Below the pieces are notes generated by a model, which was not told where the DNA came from, did no database searches, and saw only the letters and a list, made by a program, of their open reading frames with translations. DNA of 64,000 nt from the human T2T-CHM13v2.0 reference genome, Homo sapiens. Below, one piece after another: positions 14,018-27,783 of this stretch. How positions within the stretch are numbered: position 1 is the first letter of the stretch; the number at the start of each line of letters is the position of its first letter. Position numbers and translations under genes: made by a program. The stretch lies in assembly GCF_009914755.1 (NCBI RefSeq), contig NC_060926.1, one strand, 5' to 3'.

Positions 14018-14420
14018 AATAAGGGATGTGATATTGTTTTTGATTTACTATTTTTCTGGGTAGAGGCAATTCTAATGGCTTCCATATGCCCTTTCCCACC
14101 ATAACAGCCATCACCCTACCAGTCAGGGAGCAAATATGAGGGTTCTGCCAGCTGCTAAGTATGTCTATGTCAATTATGCATTCTGGCACTGAGGAAATGA
14201 TCACAGGATGAGTCCAGGGACCCACTGGATCCACTGTAAGTCAGACCTGAGCTACAACTTCATTAATAACCTGACCTCCAGAAGCCCCTACTTTAACTGG
14301 AGGACCACATGATGTTTTGAGTTCTCTGGAATTAATGTCAGCTCAGAGTTAGTGTCCAGTAGTCTGCAAAATGTCTGATCATTTACCTTTTCCCAATGCA
14401 CAGTTACCCTGGTAAAAGGC
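14007..14420 (-). pseudogene. HERV-L protease remnant
   Basis: LLDTNSELTLIP (the catalytic DTG reads DTN) and PECIIDIDIL. Confidence 0.8.
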
Positions 14421-14499
14421 TGGGGGTCCCCTTGGGAAAGGATGGGAGAAAGATTCTCTGCATAAATTATTGGTAGTGTAGTGGGATCCTTCCTCAAGG

Positions 14500-16250
14500 C
14501 GACCCAGCCTCCCCTTCATTCAAGGAGTTCTGGGTCTGTAAACTGCCTCAATTCTGGAAATTGATTGAGGGGTCATGACTCTGCCTTTGTAATTCAAATT
14601 AGTCTTTTGTCCATTCAACCTAGAAGTTTCCTGCTTGTATAAAGTAAGTAGGAATGCAGTAGGCTTTCTATTAATTTCACTGCTGAGATCACCATGATTA
14701 ATTAGCCAATGCCAGAGCTCTACATGACTCAGACTATTCTGATTGTCGCTTTGCCTCTACTGTCCATTACAGTAGCTACACCCACCTTGCCTTTGGTGGT
14801 TGAGTGCCACCACTTGGCCCCTGCCACCTCGGGATCCAGTTATTCCCATTGTATTTAAATTTTGTAATTTAAATTTTGCAGTTGAGTGACTGCTGTTCCC
14901 ACTGTTAGATCTGGCATAGAGAGAAGATCAATTACAGGCCTCTTCAAAGATGCAGGTGCTGCCCTCACAAATCTATTTCACAAGGATATATATTCTGGAC
15001 CCTCCCAACTGGGATAAGTAGGTCTAAAGTGACTAATCCACTCCACCATCCCAATCTCCCTAACCCTTTAGATCCCTTCCTCTACATTAAACCAAGGAAG
15101 ATCAGCCATTTCCAGCTTGCTCACAGTGGGCCATCTTTTAATGCATATTTCAGCTAACCAAGCAAATAAACTATTAGAACCTTTTTTTAACTCCTGAGCT
15201 GCAACATTAAATATAGAGCCTCTATTTAGTGACCCTAAATCAATAAATTCAGGCCGATCCAATTCTATGTTTCTTCCACCATTATCCCACACCCTTAATA
15301 TCCATTCCCATGCCTGTTCTCCAGATTTCTGTTACATAAATTAGAAAACTCAAGCAGTTCTTTTCAAGTTAACACACATCCTCATGGGTCACACTCTCAA
15401 CCTCACCGCTTTAGCCTAGGGACTGAAGTCTAGTTATAGGTCTAGAAGCAAACAGGGGTGTTGGGGGTGGCTCCTGAGGAGAATCAACATTATCTTGTAT
15501 GGCAGCTGCCTCAGGGGAAGCCATCACTGTTGCCTCAGGCAGCACAGGATTTATCTCCTCAGACAAAGGTGGAAAGGCTGATGGCAGCATGGGTCGGGAG
15601 GGGATGTTGCCACAACTGGGGATGAGGAAGCTGTTTCTTCTAGCACAAAAGGTTCATCAGAGTTTACAAAATCAGTGCCCCTGGCTTCATCAGGGTCCTC
15701 CCACACATCCCCATTCCAAGATTCAAGGTCCAATTCTTTTCCAATCAATGCCCTCACATTAACAGTAGACACCTGGCAAGGCTGTGCATGCACCTTTCAT
15801 TGCAGGTCAGCCACTCACGTGATAAGAGCTTGTGTCTGTTTTTCCACAATTTCAGCTCCTTCTCTACAGGAGATAAGACTCTCTCTCAGGGTAATCTTAG
15901 CAGACTTGAGGCTTAGTATCTACTTTTGAAGCCAGGAGATGGAATCCCTGAGTTCATCATTTTCTTTCGTCTCTTTGTCCACTGAACTTAAGAGCAACCA
16001 GCCAGCTTCATTATGCTCCTAGGTTCTCCACATATGGTCAAAGGTATTATGTATAGTCACTAAACTCCTTGCCTCTCATGAGCAGTGAATCAGGAGTGTC
16101 AAATGCATTTATTTTGCATAACTCTCTAAACATTTACACCAAGGACTATCAGTGTTCATCATACTATTAGAAGTAGAGTCCTTAGCATTTTTGGGTCTAA
16201 TCATATTAAGAAACCCACTCCAGAAACCCCAAAACCAATTAAAGAACTCC
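14500..16250 (-). pseudogene. HERV-L gag remnant
   Basis: Fragments MIRPKNAKDSTSNS, VRALIGKE..WNGDVWEDPDE and WDNGGRNIELD..EFIDLG, with multiple stops and frameshifts. Confidence 0.85.
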
Positions 16251-16273
16251 ATCTTAATATTTTGTTTCTCTAG

Positions 16274-16290
16274 AACCCCTCCTGGTACCA
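16274..16290 (-). other. Primer-binding site of HERV-L (tRNA-Leu type)
   Basis: The minus strand reads TGGTACCAGGAGGGGTT a few bases after the LTR end. Confidence 0.7.
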
Positions 16291-16295
16291 AAATC

Positions 16296-16335
16296 TGCAC
16301 TAATCAGGGTTCTCTAGAGGGACAGAGCTAATAGG

Positions 16336-16375
<40 letters not shown>

Positions 16376-16577
16376 ATATATATATATATATAGGGGAGTT
16401 TATTAAGCATTAACTCACATGATCACAAAGTCCCACAGTAGGCCGTCTGCAGGCTGAGGAGCAAGAAAAGCCAGTCCGAGTCTCAAAACTGAAGAACATG
16501 GAGTCAGATGTTTGAGGGAAGGAAGAGTCCAGCATGGGAGAAAGATGCATGCCAGGACGCTAGGCCAGTCAAGCCTT
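16296..16577 (-). mobile_element. MLT2A (MLT2A1/A2) 5' LTR of HERV-L, missing its 5' part
   Basis: CAGGGTTCTCTAGAGGGACAGA..(TG)n(TA)n..GGGGAGTTTATTAAG..CCAGTCCGAGTC. Similarity stops at about 16577. Confidence 0.88.
16336..16392. repeat. (TG)n(TA)n microsatellite inside MLT2A
   Basis: Seen directly. Confidence 0.95.
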
Positions 16578-18361
16578 TTTTTTGGTATTCTCCGTGTTGT
16601 CTATTTGCACAAGCAAACTTTGTCACCCCAGGTCTTAAATAATTTATGTTCTAAAGGGGTCTACTCTTTCTTGGTATTTCCACTTCTAGAGACTTCCCTT
16701 TAAGTTTCCACGTGATTTTCAAACCTGAATGCTAATTTCTGGCATATTTTATTAATAAAGCTGTGGTTTTCCTACTGCAATGTCTGATTCCTCAATGCTG
16801 TTTCCTTCTGCTATAAGTCAGGGATTAGGCAGCTCACGAGCCAGAAAGCTGCAAAATCTCTTCCAGTTCTGTCATTGGACACTTTCTTGTGTGCTTAAAT
16901 TTACATTTTTCTCCACTTTTTATAATTTTTTACATATTAAAAGTTCATGGGACCATTTGACACCATTTGTTGAACAATAGCTGAATCTCTGATGCAATTA
17001 TTGTTTAGCGTTCATGGGCTAGATATAGAATTTCTAGTGGTCTTCTCTGTGCTTACAAAGTTTTATTTGGAAACCAGTGGTGTTCCACAGGTAGTGTTAA
17101 TATTTTTTCTGATATGAACTAAATAAGGACATATTTGTGATTTTTAAAAATTAGATACACATCTTTGATCATTTTTATAAAGCCTCTTAATTTTGATATG
17201 TTTGTTATTGTGCTAATCAGAGTTGTCAGGTGAATGAAACCCTGCAAGAATCAAGAAACTTAAGTCAACTTTCGATTTAGTCACTAACCTATCTGCTCAT
17301 GCATCGACATTTTAAAAGAATTTATTTTCTGTTAGAATACCTGTAGAACCAAAAACAGAAGGCAATGGAAAATTCAACATTTTGAGAAAAAGCTTCACCA
17401 CTTATTTTGTGGGATTTTTATATTACAATTCAACATAAAATTTGTTGAAGGAGAACAGTATAACATAATAAGGAACACTGCTATTTTTCTTGCCAGGGAA
17501 ATGAGACTTACCCTGGAGCACCAATAAGTGGATTGGTTCCTATTTTCCTAATACTTAACCCAATTCCTGTACAATGTAACATGAGTTCCACTGGCAAGAT
17601 AGAAAGGTCACGTTTAAGGAGCATGTGTAGTTCTATATTATGGAGTTCAGTGTAAAATTTAAAATATATAAATTAGATCTACATTTTAAGTTCAGATGAA
17701 AATAATATAAAATGATTTTTGATGCATAAAGAAAAAATGAAAAAGATTTACTTTTTAATCTTCTACGAGAATGAAAAAAATGTTTTAAAACCTTTAAAAT
17801 ATTTTTTCCTAGGTGTCATACGCAGCCAAATTTCTTAAATCTTGGTTATTTACTTCTATAGTCATGAGTAGCAAGTGACCTATTTTTTCAACTGTCGATT
17901 TGTTCTCCAGAAGTTTGTTTTACATTCAACACTTCTGATATTTTCACACCATTGTAGCTCCAACTTGGCATACATAGTGATGCTCTCACACCATTCTATC
18001 TTAGAACTAGAATTTCACAAAGAAAAAATAAGTAGAAACTTCCTGTTTCTCTAAAGAAGTAAGAAAGAATTGGTGGTGTGGTAAGCAGATGGTAAAACTA
18101 TGGATAGGGAGAAAAAATATATTCATGGATTTAATAATCCATCAATTTAGGCAAGTTATTAACTTCTCCCTGAGTATGATAATCTCAATTTAGTTCTGTA
18201 ATGAAGTCCAATGTATCAAGAGGGCAGAGGACTTTGGCAGAGTAGATTTGTAGAATAACAAAATGGCATCACTGTTGGCAAACTAAACCACACATCAGGG
18301 TATTTCTTCTGGTCTAGGAAGAGTCTCAGAGTCAGGGAAGAAAAATCACTGTGATTGTAAT

Positions 18362-18450
18362 CAGAGTAATAACAAAATTTGTTATCTAAACCTGGACATT
18401 TTTAAGAGAGAAACTCTGTTAAAAATTAGAGTAGGCAATAAATATAGTTT
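18362..18450. mobile_element. MER81-like hAT-Blackjack fragment
   Basis: AAATTTGTTATCTAAACCTGGACATTTTTAAGAGAGAAA resembles the recalled MER81 consensus. Confidence 0.4.
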
Positions 18451-18798
18451 GACTCTACTGTGCAGGGCCCACTTTATGTATAGTCTTCTTAGCAACAGGC
18501 AATCAGAGAGAGGAAAAGATGAATGCCAATGCAGAAGAATCAGAAATGCAATTTGCCGATTTAGAGTACTAAAGAAAAGCTCCTAATAGCAATAAACAGT
18601 GTTCCTTGAAAGACAATGCTCTATGTTGGTAGCTGACTGAAATCTAAAATATTCTGCAACTCATTCTTGCAAGTTAAATAAGAGCCTGGACAAAATGTGG
18701 CATGGTATATCGTGAGGAGCTAGATATATCAAAATTATTTGTAAATAATCAAAATGATTTATGTTTCTAGATCTAAATAAAGAATCGCATATTCTAAG

Positions 18799-18985
18799 CC
18801 AGTTTTTCTCAAAGTAACACTAGAACTGGGAGATATAAAATGTTACTATAGATAAAAATGATTCCATCTTTAAATAAATTTGGAAAAGTATGATTTAAAC
18901 AAATTAATACTTATGACTACAGACCATCACAGTCTTTAATATGCAAACTTCACTAACTCCAAGAGTGAGTAGTAATAAGCAATAT
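18799..18985. mobile_element. MER103-like hAT-Charlie fragment, possibly continuing at about 19430-19500
   Basis: CAGTTTTTCTCAAAGT..AAATAAATTTGGAAA..AGTCTTTAATATGC..CTCCAAGAG. Confidence 0.5.
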
Positions 18986-18989
18986 ATAT

Positions 18990-19420
18990 TTATCTTAAGT
19001 CTGATTCCCCATTAGCAGAGCTGGAGACAGGCATTCTAGTGCAAATGATTTATTGAGGCAATGTTCCCGGAGCAAAATACTGTATCAACTGGAGACTACT
19101 TTCAGTTAGCTCCCCTCAGAGAGCACAAATTCCACCACAAAGTTAGTTCTGCTTTGTGGCAAGGTGGCTAGCCTCTACATGACCCTTTGTCAGTCAATCA
19201 TTGGTTAGGTGTTGCCTGGATTGGGAGTGTAGGACATTCTACCTCCTATGTCAGACAGCTCCTGTTTAAAAAAAGAGGGTAATTCTCCAGGAAAAAAAAA
19301 AAAAAAAAGAGAGAGTGGGGAGGGGGAGGGGGATAGTGGTGAACTCTTAGTAACCCACCTTCATAGTAGCTGAAAAATGACTCTATCTGACAGTAAAAGG
19401 GACCTAGTCAGGGCAGTCTT
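18990..19420. mobile_element. Old ERVL LTR (LTR16/LTR33-like)
   Basis: AGCAGAGCTGGAGACAGGCATTCTAGTGCAAATGATTTATTGAGG...CAGTCAATCATTGGTT. Confidence 0.5.
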
Positions 19421-20371
19421 CATCTGAGCAGGTAATTGTAGTTTCTTTTGCAACATATTAATAAGAGAAGTATTATTTTAACACACTTGAAAGAACACTG
19501 CTCTGAGGACATCATGCATTATACAAAGTTTTTGTATCTACTTTGCACTCTGTTACGCTAAAGTCTAGCATTCTGGCAGGGAAATCCCAAACTCTTCATT
19601 GTCAGATAGTTTCCAAGCAAATAAAACCACAAGCTCCTGGGGCAGAAATCTTGACATCTGGGATACTGACAGAAAATTAATATAAAACTAAACTTCAATT
19701 CATAAAGTTGAATTTTCAGATAATATAGAATCATCATGGTTGAAATTTTTTATTTTCTTGTTGAAAGGGGCTATGGAAGTCTTAAAAATTCCAGTGCAGT
19801 TTTTGGGTTGAAAGCTTCAGGAAGACATAGTATTAAATATAAGTAATTAGAAGTACTGTTTGCAATAAACAAATAAATAAATAATTATCAAAGTGAATTA
19901 TATGTTGATGACCTACTGAGAGATATTTTTCATTTTAACTTAACCAAAAACCTAATAGTGTTTTTACCACCTGAAATATTCAAAATAGTATTCCAGTTTT
20001 TTTTCATTGCATTGAGATTACTTAAAATTTAAAGATCAATATTAAATAATCCAAAATTTCTAGAAAATACAAATGATTAATTGAACCAAAGAATTTTAAA
20101 ATTTTCAAATGTAATTTGGAATAATATTGTTATCAAGTCAGTTATATAAACAATAATAAAATAATATTCAATATAGACATAATTTTATAATTTTAAAAAA
20201 TATTATATTTCCCTATACTCACAACCAAATAAATTAACTTGAGAATATCAAAACTTAAGGTTATCAAAGATACTGAATATTTTCTTTGCATACAAAACAG
20301 AAAACAATAACTGCAATGTCCTTTGCCTTTTATAAAGTAAGTGGTTAAAAGTAGTGTGCTCCCAATTCATT

Positions 20372-21265
20372 TAAAAAATCAATAAATTGGGCTTCATCAG
20401 AATTAAGTACTTCTGAGTTCCAAAATGGTGCTAAAATCATAAAACAATAAGACACAAACTGAAAGAAAATAAATGGAGAAAAGATTTTAACAGAACCTTT
20501 TCAAAGAAGAAATACGTAGAGCAAATAAGCACATGAAAGAAGCTCATCACAGTCAGTCCTTAGGGAAATGGCATTCCAAACTTTTATAATGGCTAAAATT
20601 TAAACAATAATAATAAGAATACAAAAATGTCATCAGAATGTGGAGTTGGTGAGAATGTGGAGCAACTGGAACACTCACGCATTGCTGGTGGAAATGCAAA
20701 ATGGTTCATCACCTTTGGGAAACGAGTAATTCCTTAAGTTATACATTTACTTATCATGTAACTTTGCCATCCCACTCCTAGCAACCCAGGGAAATAAAAA
20801 CATGTTCACACAAAAACACGAATGCAAATATTTAAAATGATTTTCCTTATAATTATCAAAAACTAGAAAGAAAAACAACTCAAATGGGTACTGAATAAAT
20901 AATATACAATGGAATATTAGTCAGCAGTGACAAGGTAAAAACTACTGTTACAGCAACAACATCATGGATAAACCTCAAATGTATTATGCTAAGTGAGAAA
21001 AGCCAGAATTGAAAGGTCTAGCACTATGATTTCATCTGCATGATATTCTGGAACTGTCCAAACACTCAGGGATAGAAAACATATCAGTGGTTGCCAGGGG
21101 CTGGGTTGAGAAAAAAAGTTGACTAAAAGAGACATGTAAGAAGTTTGCAAGATGATTAAACTTTTCTATTTCTTGATATTACAAAACGATATATGATTAT
21201 CAAAACCCACACAACTGTACACTGAAAGTGGCAAATGTTACTGTATGTAAATTATATCTTTATTT
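20372..21265 (+). mobile_element. L1M (L1MC/MD/ME-type) 3' region
   Basis: GAGAATGTGGAGCAACTGGAACACTCACGCATTGCTGGTGGAAATGCAAAATGG, ATTATGCTAAGTGAGAAAAGCCAG, and ACTGTATGTAAATTATATCT. Confidence 0.85.
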
Positions 21266-22839
21266 TAAAGATGGGAAAAGGTAATATGTATTTACTTAAT
21301 AAAGTGGTTTTTCTTATGAGAATATTGTGGCAGTCTAATTAATCTTCTTTTGATGCTTGAGCTTGAAGAAAAACCACATGCTACTTGCCATAGTATCCCA
21401 TTTGTGAGAAAGCTCTTCACCTCCTTAAGACGAATCAATGAGAAATCTTCCAAACCAATCTTGGTTTAGTTGACCAGTTAGTGAGACTTTAGAAGTTCAG
21501 TCAACTATTATGAATGTACTTCAATCTAAATTTTTCTAGTTATATGTAATTTTTTAAAGTGTGATCCAATTGATTCTAATATCTGAAAATCATTGTCACA
21601 TTAAAATGACTTTCCACTGAAATGGTCCCTTTTAATTAAAAAAATAAGTATTGTTCTTTATGAGACAAATCTGTCTACATTAGAAGACTTCAAAAATTAG
21701 TATTTATTCCAAGTATTCCTATACAAATTAGCACTAAATTTTGATAAATAGAAATTATACTTAAAGCCTGAATCTGGTTAATAATGACATTTTCACAGTT
21801 TCACAGGTTTCATGGAGCTCATCAAAATTAACTATTTGGACAAAAAAAAAAAAGATGAGTAAAGGATCCAAGAGGATTACTTATGTAATATTCAGCTTGA
21901 ACATTCTCCAATTCTTTTTCAATTGGACTCTATGTAAAAGGAAAAATCTGGAAGTGTCCCTGGAGTGTGGCTTGTGGCCCTCTAATAATCTGTCCAGGTT
22001 TTATAAATGAGAAATCTTGTCATCTTATCATAGAGTTCCAAAACATTGTAGCAAACTTTATCTGCTAAGTGAACCTAAATAATCCCAACTTTAACTTCAA
22101 GGAAATTACCCTTGGAAACATTTCACAGTTCTGCACATTGCTGAGGATATAAAAGTTTTTCCCCTTTCCAAGAGTTATTAACCCTCACAACAGATTCTCT
22201 GAAATCTTAACAGTAGCAGTTCAGAAACATTCAATTATAATAATCACATTTTTTATTTCTCTTCTAAAACTGTTTCCTCCAGATTTTACATAGAAAAACA
22301 AACTCAGGTCAAAAAGCATTAACAATTTATTCAGTTTGCAGCTGCCTAGTTCTTTATGTGAAATTGCTACTTTATTGACACTGTGGCGTACACATCAACC
22401 CTCAGGAAATGTTTTACAAGGCATACTTCAGATTTAAAGAAGTATGATTCTAAAAATATTCTTGGGATACCATATCAAATTCATATAGAAATAATAGAAA
22501 TAATAGAAGAAATGCCTAACCAAAAGGTTAGCACTGTTCTTTAAAAACAGCTTCCCAAGGTTGGAAGGTTATGTTTTTAAATTTTAAGTTTGAACTTTCG
22601 GGAGGCTATTCTGGGAACCTATATACTAAAGAGAAGCAACAGTCAATCTCCACATATACTCCATATAACTTGGAAAGACTATAGTAAATTATCTAGTTTT
22701 AGAAAATGCAAGATATCCTCATCTAATATCCACAAGCATAATAAAATCTGGACTGTCACACTGATATCAATTGCACAATTCCAATCTTTGTTTCAATGAA
22801 TTATTTCCACCCTGTAATTCAGACAACTGAAAAATTTCT

Positions 22840-23235
22840 CTTTCACACATCTTGATTTATCATCTCTGTGCCTTTGCTCAAATAGTTCATTGACCTTGAA
22901 TGTCCTTCTTCCCTATCTCACTGTGCCCAAATCCCATTTTTTCTAAAAAGATCATGTGAAATGTACATTCCCCTATGAAGCCTTCCTTGACCACCCAACA
23001 TTTGAGTAATTAATCAGATTCCTTCTTTGCTAGAATTTCTATAGAACTATATTATACCTAATGACAATTTTTTATGTTATAATAGAACTGCTTATATGCA
23101 TGTGTTATATCCATTACTTGATTATAATATATTTAAGGAGACAAAATATTCTGATTTAGTTTTAATCCTCTCCCTCCATCAGGCCATACCATGCTTAGCA
23201 CATGTTGAACTCTCAATAAATATTTGACAAATAGA
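22840..23235 (+). mobile_element. L2 3' end
   Basis: CTCTGTGCCTTTGCTCA..GAAGCCTTCCTTGACCACCC..CTCAATAAATATTTG. Confidence 0.75.
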
Positions 23236-23449
23236 GAAGGGAAGATGACAGTTCTCAGTTCAAGTAAAAATGAGCTGGAACAGTATGTATGTTCTGCACA
23301 ATCATTAAAATGAAACAAGTCTCTTTGTTGCAGTTTCAATGAAAAGTTATTGCTGTTCAAGACAACAGAGACACTTAACTGAAAAGGTAGAAAAAAGAAA
23401 CTATCTTTTCTGGTAATACTGACTCTTTATATTGATACTCATAAACACT

Positions 23450-23850
23450 TTTATTTATTCTTAATCACTGTAATGCAAAAACTTTATCGTGCCATGCACT
23501 GTAGACAAAATATTAAGAACGTAGTTTCTGTTCTCAAGACATGAAAAAATATAGGTTTGTTTAAACCTGGGTGTCAGAAAGGTAAAAATAAAACCTAATT
23601 TAATGAGAACTATGCTAAACATAAGTACAGGGTGTTTTGAAAATGCACAGCAAGGCATTACAGCTTTGGGTGACAAGGAAACTCCCTAATGAAGAGGAAT
23701 TAAGGTATGTCCTCAAAAGTAAGAACAAATTTCCCAAGCAAAAAATAAGAGGGAAGTTGAGGGTGCACAGGGTACAAACACCTGGAAGTAAGATGGAGTA
23801 TGATTCCTTCAGTCTGCAAGTATTCCTTCCTGGAGTGAGGGGCTAAAGAG
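23450..23850 (-). mobile_element. L2 fragment
   Basis: TTTATTTATTC..GTGCCATGCACTGTAG..GTTTCTGTTCTCAAG. Highly diverged. Confidence 0.4.
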
Positions 23851-23994
23851 AAACTATCCAAAACAGCCTAGCCCAATATGAAACGTGAGAGATCCATGGA
23901 GATGATGGAGACAGCTGGCCTGTGAGGCCTTCTCTAACTGCCCTCCCCGTCCAGCGTTTAAGGAGCATTTGTGGGTCATTCTCTGTAGATACTA

Positions 23995-26620
23995 TCCAAC
24001 AAATGATCTGACACTTGCTTTATGGCCTAGCATGTGGCCTATTTTGGTGAAAATTCTACATGCCCATATATTTTGTAGTGGTTGCACATAATGTTCTATA
24101 CAAATGTTAATTAGTTCAGTTTTATTAATATTATTCAGATGTTCTATAAACTTCCATAATTGTCCACTTGTTCTAAAAATTACTGAGAGATATGTCTTCA
24201 ACTATTATTAGGAATTTGTCTACATCTTTTTTGTCTATTTTCCCAATTTGCCTTCATAGACTTTGAAGTTAGGATGTTAATTGCATATACATTTAGAATA
24301 CTTGGGACTCCATGAATGAATTGACCCATTTGCCACTTTGAAATGTCTTCTGTTATCTTTCATAATTCTCTTTGACTTAAAGTTTACTTGATCCAATATT
24401 AACATAGGGCAATATAGGTTTTGCCATGCTTTTACTTTGGAATTATAATACATGTATATTATATTTGGGTTTTATTTTATACTGCGTGACAATTTTTTAA
24501 ACTGAAACTTTTATTAAAACTTTATGTTGTAATTTGTACAGTTAGGTTTAAATATGTTCTATTTGTTTTCACGTTTGCACACGTTTCACGTGGCTTCTTT
24601 ATTCTCTCTTTTCTTGTTTTTTTAAGTTAATAAAGAACTTTTTTACAATTCCATTTTAAATCCTCTACTGGCTTTTTAGCTTCAACTTTTTGTATTTTTA
24701 ATTAGCTACTCTAGAGATTACAATATACATTTTTAACTAATTAGAGTCTACATAAAGAAGTGTTTTACTCCTTTATAAATAAGGTAAGAACATACCAATA
24801 GCATACTTCTATTTATTCTCTTCTCTTATAATCTGTGCTGTTGGATGCTATATTTTACCTCTATGTATGTTATATGTCCTAAAATCCATCATCTTTTTTG
24901 TTGCATTAAAGAGTAAATTTCTTTAAAAAGGTTTTAAGCATCTTTAATATTTACCCAAATATTTACCGTACTCCTGCAGTCCCATGCTCTTATCTAGAAC
25001 ATTTTTTTTAACCTGAAAATTTTCCTGTAGTATTTCCTATAATATGAGTCTTCTGGCAATGAATTTTCTTAATCTTTCTAAAAATATCTTTATTTGATTC
25101 CATTTTTCAGTGGTTTTCAATGAATATAGAATTCTAATCTGACAATTATTTGCCTTACAACTTTAGAGTTAGTATTCCATTATAATTTTGGCTTCCATTG
25201 TTTGTATTTAGAAATAAGTCTTTGATCATTGTTGCTCCCCTGTAAATATTATATCTTTTTCCTCTGGCTGCTTGTAAGGTTTTCTCTTTAACTTCTGTTT
25301 TTAGCAATTACACTATGATGTACCTAGGTATGAATTTCTTTGGATTGATCTTACTTGGGGTTTGCTAAACTTCTTGAATATGGAGATTGGATTCTTTGTA
25401 TCAGTTTTAAAGAAATTTTTGGTAATAATTTTATCAAAATTACTTCTGTTCTTTCTCTTCTTTCCTTTTGGGTCTTCAATTATACATGTTAGATGACATG
25501 GCAAAGTCTCACATCTCTGACATTCTTTTCTGCTGCTTTTTCTTTCTTTGTTTTCTCTCTCTACTACAGACTAAATCTCTTTCTTTGAGTTAACTGGGCA
25601 TTTCTTCTGCCGCATTCAGTTGTTGTAAGCTTATCCAATTAACTCATTTCAGGTATTTTATTTTTGTTTCTAGAATGTCCTCAAGTTCTTTTTCCTTCAA
25701 GATTCCAATATGCTGTTGAATTTTTTTTATCATTCTTTCATTTTCCATTTTTTTCTTTATTTTCTATTACAAATCTATGGTAGCTATTTTGAGTTACGTG
25801 TCTGGGATTACAGTGTTTGTATCATTTGTGTTTCTGCTTCTATAAAATAATTTTTCTCTGCATTATATGGTTCACATGATCTCGCATCTTTCCATATATT
25901 TCATAGTTTTGATTACATGCCACAGATTCTGTATTTTGAAAATGGTAGGTAATTTGATATATATTTTTCCCCAGGCAAGGCGTGTCCTGTTCTCATAAGG
26001 CAGGTAGGGTAAGAGGCTGATCGCCTGGATGTATTTGAGAACTGAGCTGTGTTGAGGCTGGTTTGCAGTATTATTTAGTATCATTTACCTCACGTTAAAA
26101 TGTTTTGAGGGCATGAACATTCTTGTGTTTTATTGCTGGTCCCCTTTACAAGAAGAACTGTCTCCTAACCATCATTAGTCTGTGGGAGTTTTTTTCTCTG
26201 CCTTTCCAGGCTAGCTCCTTAGTCTTTCACACCCAACAAAATCTTTAAGGGAAAACTGATGGTGATGAGTGGGGGCACGATCAGTGAGTTAAGGGGTCCT
26301 GAGATTCCAGTGGTCACACTGGTCAGCGTGCTCACTAAAATGTCACTGATTTCTTCTCACATACAATCCCTCAGCCAAAGGGAGCTCCACATTCTGCTCA
26401 CTTATGTCACTCATGCCCAAAGTGACTAATGCAACCAGCAAAAAACAGTGGCTACTAATATATATTTATCCATCTATCTTCCTCTATGGAATTGAGGTCT
26501 TTTAGATTTCTTATAACCACAGTTTTCTATGCCTTTTAACTTACATGATAGTATAGTTTCCTAGTTTTGAAAGTACAGATTTGCTGTAACTTTTCTGTAT
26601 TCCAACCAGAAACGGATCTA
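23995..26620 (-). mobile_element. Ancient L1M 5' part (ORF1 and ORF2 endonuclease remnants)
   Basis: Minus-strand translations IFTKIGHMLGHKAS (L1 endonuclease) and an ORF1-like fragment at 25313-25504. The plus strand is T-rich. Confidence 0.75.
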
Positions 26621-26681
26621 GTTTTACTTGTAATCAAAATATAATGTTAGTAATTCAGAATGAGTTAACATATGAATATGT

Positions 26682-26788
26682 ATAAATGCATGTGTGTATA
26701 TATATATATACATACACACACACACGCACATATATATACACATATATAATTTCCCCATATATAATTATATTCACATATATAATTTCCC
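26682..26788. repeat. (TA)/(CA) low-complexity repeat
   Basis: Seen directly. Includes a repeated CACATATATAATTTCCCCA. Confidence 0.85.
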
Positions 26789-27783
26789 CAAATCTGCCCA
26801 TACATCTCAGGTATTCCTAAAAGATTAATGTTTCTTAGGAAATAGAAAGAAAAATAGGCACCACCTGCATGGCTATTGCAAAGAAAAGTTTATTCACAAA
26901 GTCCTAGATAAATTCTTAAAATTGGTAAATATAAATTTAAGAAAGCATTTCTTTACTTGGTTTTAAGAGCTCACTACTTCTGCCTTTTCTGCCCCCGTAA
27001 ATAATACAAAAAAAAATAAGTGACAAACTCTTAATGAGCTCTAAAAAATAAGAGAGTTTCAAAAAGAGTAACTTTTGAAGTTGTGACCATGAACAATCAT
27101 GCCCTTCCACACATGGTTACTTGCTACAGTGGTCAGAGCCAAGACACTGGGCTAAACCCCAGCTTGGAATCTGACTGTAACAAGGCAATGCTCCTTTTCC
27201 ATCTTACGGTACAAATAGTATTTTTATGTCTCTGGGTACATTTTTGGAAAACGGAAATGATCATATTTGCCTCTGGATGATGCTTGCAAAGAAAATAGCT
27301 TATCTTAGAGACAGCATTTTTATAAGTACAAAAAAAGACCTCTTTAAAAGTGTTTTTTTTAAAAAAGCAAACAATAGCAACTGTACAACTTCAACTCAAA
27401 GTTTACCAATTTTTTTTGTTAGGTCATTCCAAGTCAAGAGTAATCAGATGCACAAAAGGATAAAGAGAAATAGCTGAATTTACTCCAGTAAGGGAGACTT
27501 GAACAGCTATTGATTTACGGATACTGACAGACTAAACTTCAGAATTTTTACGACGTATAACCATGCTTTTCTTTGAAAACTAGAAAAATAGTATTGTATT
27601 TACAAATCTTAGAAGTAAGTTTTCTCTAGATGATAGTTGCAGATTAAAATTAAAAGACAAATTTGCCTTCTTTTCTAAGATGTATGTGTGTGTACATAGG
27701 TACATATTTTAAAGACAACTTCATTTCTTTAAATAAGTTATTGATAAATTATCACTTTCATTATAGTGCTTCCATGGTATTTC

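Larger units (their letters stand above)
11692..16295 (-). mobile_element. HERV-L internal region (gag-pro-pol), 3'-truncated within integrase
   Basis: Minus-strand ORF fragments match ERV-L Gag (WDNGGRNIELD), protease (LLDT), RT (YIDD), RNase H (DGSARYAG, TDSWAVA) and integrase (WAHAHGIHWS). Confidence 0.95.

Noticed and set aside
18490-18660. Purine-rich stretch resembling a coding or processed-pseudogene fragment
   Set aside because: All frames are short and I recognise no protein. There is no poly(A)/TSD structure.
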